Position numbers and translations under genes: made by a program
DNA from: an uncultured bacterium
GTDB lineage: Bacteria; Abyssobacteria; SURF-5
DNA length: 34,161 nucleotides
Assembly (NCBI GenBank): GCA_964607485.1
Contig: CAZSKP010000031.1
Coordinates: 1-34,161, forward strand
Direction: 5' to 3'
Shown here: positions 30,001 to 34,161 of the stretch, in pieces
Layout of the letters: every line of letters starts with the position of its first letter
How positions within the stretch are numbered: the stretch's first letter is position 1
Notes under the pieces: generated by a model
Told to the model about the DNA's origin: nothing
The model's input: only the letters and a program-made list of their open reading frames with translations
Databases searched by the model: none

Positions 30001-30083
30001 TAGATTCCTCCCAGAGCCATGATCGTTATCAGCAACACGACAGCGATCGGATTGGCAATGGTCAGGTGGAGGAGTTTGCGCAT
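27048..30083 (-). CDS. RND efflux permease, CzcA/CusA-like
   Basis: 1011 aa; 'LPVGLFP', 'ITRPIE', TM4 'GMVVDDAIVVAE', TM10 'GIAVNNAIVL', 'RFRPILMT'. Confidence 0.95.
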   Translation of the reverse strand: MRKLLHLTIANPIAVVLLITIMALGGIYALLHLPVGLFPGLDVPVVNVICHYPGAAAQDMELFITRPIEDRIRTIPGIRRVSSDCIEGISQITAEFEWGTRLTDARQLVQAELSSVQPDLPAGVTPRLENIGTTLQEVSGYVAYGGGDPIELRSTVQTDVASRLMGVEGVSRVEVLGGEEPAFIITLHPDALAREHLTIGDVTSALSGQNVAVAADFIERGSREYLIRGDSRLQTIEDIETVPVVGDSMRSVLLRDIASVRSGRMPRHYEVHGNGQPAVAFIVSKQPTASTIAVVHGVDRELAELGTLLPPGAQVRKFYDQADIITEARDSLFHDLILGAILVAVVLFLFMGTIRATLIVAAAIPITLLAALALMQVFDQTLNVITLSALTLAVGMVVDDAIVVAESIVRHLQSGRERGAASLEGAAEIAGPDVSGTFTTIAAFAPLVLLGGIAGLFVRPFGLVVSAALLASLIISLSFVPAMFGAVGSLGERRAIGAALLTSLDRRLQRVLRFALNHRGLTLLIVGLTLCLGGLAAWLGPVSVLPPIDEGAILIEYVMPPGTSLAESGRIGDILEREALAQDDVETVYRRTGSPEKGFQIEGVNRGELTIKLAPRSARKRTLAQIMDGLRERYKQIPGVAFLYHQPTQEKMDESLSGLPAMFGVTIFGPDMAELVSLAAQVEKIMADDPALANIINNTKINSPQIIVRPNPLELARCGISPSDVFAAIQAARFGVQATTIIRQQKQVQVWVKTESPSDTTLEWLEGLSISTPSGQTVPLGRVAGIHVTHMPAAVTRLNGQREVTVLAEVNGSIAAAVKRLRHEFSTVSLPTGYSIAFTGQYQVMKRTVLDFVLVGLAAIMLIYLVMAVQFRSCLQPAIILVTVPFALVGAIVLLAITRVGLDVSVAMGALTLIGIAVNNAIVLLDYANRQLSAGQALHEALLTAASIRFRPILMTAATTIFALIPVAVNPAVGSRIFQPFAITVIGGLISSTVATLILVPTLRALLPQKQ

Positions 30084-30086
30084 GGG

Positions 30087-31184
30087 TTAGTCCTGTACCT
30101 TGAACTGTTCGTTGAATTGTCGATAGAAGAGTTCGTAGGCTCCACGCGTGACGACGGCTTGATTCTGTTCCAGTCCTGAACGGACCTCGACCCAGCCGTC
30201 CTCTGTCAGTCCAAGGCGGACACTCAGAGGTTTGTAGGTGTCCCCGGTGCGGACAAACACAAGCGGCTGTTCTCGCGAGTCGAAGACGATAGCCGACTGC
30301 GGTACAGCCAAGGCCGAGCGATTTGTCTCCACTACCACGTCGCCCGAGACCGTTTGGCCGAGGCGCAGCCGCTGGTCGATTTCCGGTCCACCGATCCATA
30401 CAATCGTCTCTCCCGTGCTGCTGGTCTGGGGCAAGACGTGTTGGACGGTCCCGGGCACGCTCTGCTCTTCACCGATGAGGACAGACGTATTCCTCCCATC
30501 GAGGGCGACTCCCTCCGGGGGAAAGAGCTTGGCCACGACCCGCAGGTGGCCGGTGTCGATTATCTCTCCGATTGCGTCTCCTACACTGAGCGCCTGGCCC
30601 ACGCTAACACGCCTGCTAGTGAAGATGCCGGCTATCGGCGCAGCAAGCTCGATCTGCTTCTCAAAGGAATCCTGAGCCAGCTGGACATCGCGCAGTTGTC
30701 CTCGAAGCTGGAGCTGTGTCTCCTGAGCAGCGGCAAGCTGATCTCTTGTGACGAGTTGCTCGTTGAGGTCCCGCTGGAGGCGCTCGACGGTTTGATCGGC
30801 GATGTCGAGTTGCGACTTCAACGACTCCACCCTGGCCTGAAACTGACCGCGTTGTGTTTCGATCTGAGGTCCGCCCAACCGAGCAATCACTTCCCCAACT
30901 TGCACGGGTGCCTGGTCTTTGGCCTCAATCTCTTCCACTCTGCCAGCAACCAATGCGGTCAATTGCACCGATGTCTGGGCCTCCACCGTTCCGATCCACG
31001 GAACACGAAGCGCGAAAGTGCGCATAGCCGGCTGTGCTGTCTCAATGAGGGGTGCCGTAGCTGGCACGGTCTGGGGGATGTTAGGGTGGACCGCAGAAGC
31101 GTGCACTCGCAGATACCGTAACATCAGGGCAACGCTGATGACGACGACCACTACAACCAGTCCCACCCAGTATCTGGCTTTCAT
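30087..31184 (-). CDS. RND efflux periplasmic adaptor (membrane fusion protein)
   Basis: N-terminal TM anchor, lipoyl halves 'AGRVEEI' and 'APIAGI', coiled coil, 'LAVPQSAI', 'VRLG...GWVEVRSGL'. Confidence 0.94.
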   Translation of the reverse strand: MKARYWVGLVVVVVVISVALMLRYLRVHASAVHPNIPQTVPATAPLIETAQPAMRTFALRVPWIGTVEAQTSVQLTALVAGRVEEIEAKDQAPVQVGEVIARLGGPQIETQRGQFQARVESLKSQLDIADQTVERLQRDLNEQLVTRDQLAAAQETQLQLRGQLRDVQLAQDSFEKQIELAAPIAGIFTSRRVSVGQALSVGDAIGEIIDTGHLRVVAKLFPPEGVALDGRNTSVLIGEEQSVPGTVQHVLPQTSSTGETIVWIGGPEIDQRLRLGQTVSGDVVVETNRSALAVPQSAIVFDSREQPLVFVRTGDTYKPLSVRLGLTEDGWVEVRSGLEQNQAVVTRGAYELFYRQFNEQFKVQD

Positions 31185-32614
31185 GGAGTCACCTCGTTAT
31201 GAGAAGCAGGGACCTTGACTGTATTGGGGAGTTGATACATACCGGCCTCCAGTTCCAGCGCAACGACCGCCTCGGCTAATTGACCCTTGAGAACAAGCGC
31301 ATTCATGCGGCTGTCGGCCAGCTCGCGCCAGGCTCCGAAGTATGACAGCACGTCGATCCTCCCGTCAGCCAATGCAGCGCGATAATCGTCTGCCAGTTTC
31401 TCGAGAGTGGACTGTCCCGCCTGGGCGGCCGCAATTTGCCGATTCAGAAAATCAATCCGAGATGAAACCATCTGGATATTGGAGCGGGCTTGGAGGACGC
31501 GATTCGCATATTCGTTGAAGAGTCTCTGTCGGGTCGCGCGTTCGATCGCAATCTTGCCCTGGCTGCGGTCAAAGATCGGCAGGCTGACGCTCAGTCCGAA
31601 ACCAGCAGTATCGACGTTCTCGACGTCGCGTCCCACAGCCGGCCCAATGCTGATTCTTGGGAACTGCTCCAAGACGGCAATACGAACCGCTTCTTCCTGG
31701 CTATCGTAACCGAGACGGAGAGCAAGGAGATCAAGTCGCCGCTGTTCGAGTCCTTCGAACAGCTCTTCGGCCAGCGGTACTTCGAAGCGGGATGGGAGTT
31801 CGAGGCCCTCCCGCAGGCGGACATGTGCGTCGGGCGACAAGCCAAGCAATTGGTTGAGTTGAAGGCGGTACTGTTGGGCCTGTTTCTTCAGATCAAGCAG
31901 AACGGCATCTGCCTGGAGGCTGGCGGACTGAGCAGCCGTCAGGTCTTTCTCCGTTCTGGTTCCCGCCGCAACAGCCTTCTGGACAAGGGTTGCGTTTTCC
32001 GCCAAGCCTTGTCGGATCTCCTCAGCCAGACCAATCTGTTTTTCCAGGCTCGCTACCTGATACACGGCACTCTTGGCGGCCTCGGCGACCTGCCATTCCT
32101 GCCAGGCGGTCTCCATCTCGACGGCTGCCCGCTGGGCCGATGCCTCACGTGTCCTTGCAGAATGGGTGATCAGCGACACCACGTCCCAATTGAGTTCGAG
32201 GCCGAAGGCGGTCACCGTTCCAGCGGTATCGCCGCCCGTTGGTACTTCAAAGCTGTATGCAAGCTCCGGATTGGGAAGCAGGCCGGCCTTAAGGAGTTGA
32301 GCGTCAGCCACCGCCCGCTGGTCTCGGACAGCACGGAGGGATGGATTGAGCAGGACCGCAAGCACGCCTGCCGCCTCGGGCGAAAGCCCTTCCTCCGGAT
32401 CGAGCATCACGGGCCGGAGAAGGGGATGTTTGATCTCGCTCGCAGGGATGCGCAGCTTCGCCATATCGAGGGTTTGAGGCGCCTGAATTTGGGATGATTC
32501 CGGAAGCGGCATCGGATGGTACTTTGCGCAGCCAGGCAGGAACCACGCGACTAGCAGGAAGAAGGAAAACAGTTGAAGCATGCAAATCGCGTTCTTGTTC
32601 TGTGTGCGGACCAT
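31181..32614 (-). CDS. TolC/CzcC family outer membrane efflux lipoprotein
   Basis: Lipobox LPG-C, 'AGLLPNPEL', 'LSVSLPIFDRSQG'; start moved from 32695 to the ATG at 32614; ATGA overlap with the adaptor gene. Confidence 0.92.
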   Translation of the reverse strand: MVRTQNKNAICMLQLFSFFLLVAWFLPGCAKYHPMPLPESSQIQAPQTLDMAKLRIPASEIKHPLLRPVMLDPEEGLSPEAAGVLAVLLNPSLRAVRDQRAVADAQLLKAGLLPNPELAYSFEVPTGGDTAGTVTAFGLELNWDVVSLITHSARTREASAQRAAVEMETAWQEWQVAEAAKSAVYQVASLEKQIGLAEEIRQGLAENATLVQKAVAAGTRTEKDLTAAQSASLQADAVLLDLKKQAQQYRLQLNQLLGLSPDAHVRLREGLELPSRFEVPLAEELFEGLEQRRLDLLALRLGYDSQEEAVRIAVLEQFPRISIGPAVGRDVENVDTAGFGLSVSLPIFDRSQGKIAIERATRQRLFNEYANRVLQARSNIQMVSSRIDFLNRQIAAAQAGQSTLEKLADDYRAALADGRIDVLSYFGAWRELADSRMNALVLKGQLAEAVVALELEAGMYQLPNTVKVPASHNEVTP

Positions 32615-32860
32615 GGATTTCCATCGCGTGAGTGGACGCATCTGCCGCCACGGAGCTCCGATACCCAGAGGGCTGCCCAATTGCGCCTCCAGCACTTGCC
32701 CGTCAATATTAGAAACTCCTACTCTTCTCCAACAGAGTATACATCATTGCCCTCCTGCATATCAAAACGCCCTTGGCCTGTGAATCATTGGCTGACGTCA
32801 ATCAGAAACGACTCAGTGAGGAATGTTACTTGTTCGATTTCTCACGAATGCGCGTTACCA

Positions 32861-32908
32861 GAAAGTGAAGCTTCCACCCATCCGGTCGTTCAAATATCGC
32901 TCTGAGAG
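32861..32908 (-). repeat. Dispersed intergenic repeat, copy E (inverted, partial)
   Basis: Reverse complement CTCTCAGAGCGATATTTGAACGACCGGATGGGTGGAAGCTTCACTTTC; core 32872-32902 matches copy D at 28/31. Confidence 0.85.
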
Positions 32909-33369
32909 AACCCTAACATCACAAGAGCTGCCAAAGCGGCGCCAGGCGGATATGAAACATGCTAGCGAGGTATGACAGGGGATACGAATTGGTCGATTAC
33001 CATCGTCAATGCAGCGCGCACTTCGGGAGATAACCTCTCTCACGCTTGCATAAGCAGGATTTTGTGAGCATATATGGTGCAATGGCCTCGATTAAGGTGC
33101 AGATTCTGGTCGGCAGTCTGCAGTTGACGGAAGTGTTGAATGGTCCATTATTGCTCAGACTTTTGCTTCTCTGGGTGGGATTTCGGGAAATAATCTCCAG
33201 ATTAAGAGCATGAGTCCAGAAATTATTATCTCTTTGCAAGGCCGTTTCAAGGCCAATCTTAAGTAAAGATAAATGTAATATACGCAAAAGTCCTTTTCAT
33301 CTCCCGATTTTCACGGTTGCGCAGAGGGACCCAGTTCAAGCCCTCCTAAGAGTCAGTCCAGGAATTTAC

Positions 33370-33398
33370 TTGACATTTTGTTTACCCACTGATTTAAT
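33370..33398 (+). promoter_or_regulatory. Putative strong sigma70 promoter
   Basis: TTGACA-17 bp-TTTAAT with an extended-10 TG, about 260 bp upstream of the ATG at 33659. Confidence 0.6.
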
Positions 33399-33658
33399 AT
33401 GCTTGCCTTTAGTGGTGTGGAAATCCATCCCATGTCACCCGGTACATGATACCGCTTCGAACAGTGGGGTAGCACGGTGGCTTCGCTGAGCTACAATCCG
33501 TCCACAAGGGGCTCACTCATTTCTGAAGGATATCCCCATATCCTGAAGCTATTCTCCCTTCCATATGTTCTTTCCCGCATTCGTCCGAACATAGCGGAGA
33601 TACTTCCATTAGTTGAATTTGGCGAAAGGTTAAAAGTCCTTTAAAGGGGGATGACTCC

Positions 33659-34161
33659 ATGAGATACAAAGCATCGTCGGTCATCTTGCTGTCTGCTGGA
33701 CTGCTATTTTTTCTTTTTTCGACAGACCATGTGCCGGCATACGCCGACGTAATCATCGGCACGCCCGGCGATGACACGATTGTGGTCACTCCGGGAACTG
33801 ATTGCGATGGCATTGACAGCGACGGCGGGAATGACACGATCATTGTAGAAGAGAATGCAGAAGTCAACCGCGAGGTTAATGAGTCGGGTTCCGCAACCGA
33901 GGATGCCGATGCCACAGCCGTTGATGCAGGTACGGGCGATGACACCGTGCAGAACAACGGAACCGTTAACGCGAAAGCGGAGGCCAACGCCGCGAGCGAT
34001 GGGGAGAACAGTACAGCGTCGGCCCGAGCGGCCGGAATCGACGGGGGAGCAGGCGTGGACGAAATCAACAATGAGGGCGATGCGAGCGCGTCTGCGACCT
34101 CGAATGCGACCGCACTGGGCGCGTCCCTGACGATTGACGGTACCGTGACGGGAGACGCCGA
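33659..34161 (+). CDS. Secreted Gly/Asp/Ala-rich repeat protein (autotransporter passenger / adhesin-like), partial
   Basis: Not in the ORF track; hand translation MRYKASSVILLSAGLLFFLFSTDHVPAYA|DVIIGTPGDDTI...IDSDGGNDTI...VDAGTGDDTVQNNGTV...IDGGAGVDEINNEG. Signal peptide (AYA), RTX-like GxGDD repeats, RBS AAGGGGG; open to the window edge. Confidence 0.85.
   Translation, partial: MRYKASSVILLSAGLLFFLFSTDHVPAYADVIIGTPGDDTIVVTPGTDCDGIDSDGGNDTIIVEENAEVNREVNESGSATEDADATAVDAGTGDDTVQNNGTVNAKAEANAASDGENSTASARAAGIDGGAGVDEINNEGDASASATSNATALGASLTIDGTVTGDA

Noticed and set aside
27048-32614. Assigning czcCBA or cusCBA symbols or a specific metal substrate
   Set aside because: Family membership is clear, but substrate-defining residues and linked metal regulators or chaperones could not be confirmed.
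33517-34071. 184-aa minus-strand ORF (and 33855-34130 plus)
   Set aside because: Shadow or alternate frames of the secreted repeat protein, which has the RBS and signal peptide.

Overview
Bacterial chromosomal window, probably from a diderm organism with many Fe-S proteins; the taxon cannot be assigned from sequence alone. The left 12.3 kb (minus strand) holds katG (running off the left edge), a Gfo/Idh/MocA oxidoreductase, a GH2 beta-glucuronidase-like enzyme, an Ntn (penicillin/AHL) acylase and a TetR - radical SAM/SPASM - multi-Fe-S operon. These modules are separated by copies of a degenerate ~95-bp intergenic repeat, and a fifth, inverted copy lies at ~32.9 kb. The middle (plus strand) has an internally deleted, frameshifted GH15 glucoamylase relic, an uncharacterised radical SAM gene and a complete glucose/pentose phosphate cluster (rpe, tal-pgi fusion, HAD, rpiA, zwf, pgl, glk, tkt, gnd). 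Both dehydrogenases of that cluster lack the canonical NADP 2'-phosphate-binding Arg. The right end has a truncated ECF sigma factor, a tripartite CzcCBA/CusCBA-like RND efflux system (minus strand), and a sigma70-type promoter with a long structured leader ahead of a secreted repeat protein that runs off the right edge. No rRNA, tRNA, CRISPR array, transposase or integrase was seen. Best leads: the repeat family at module boundaries, the probable NAD-linked oxidative pentose phosphate pathway, and two orphan radical SAM enzymes.
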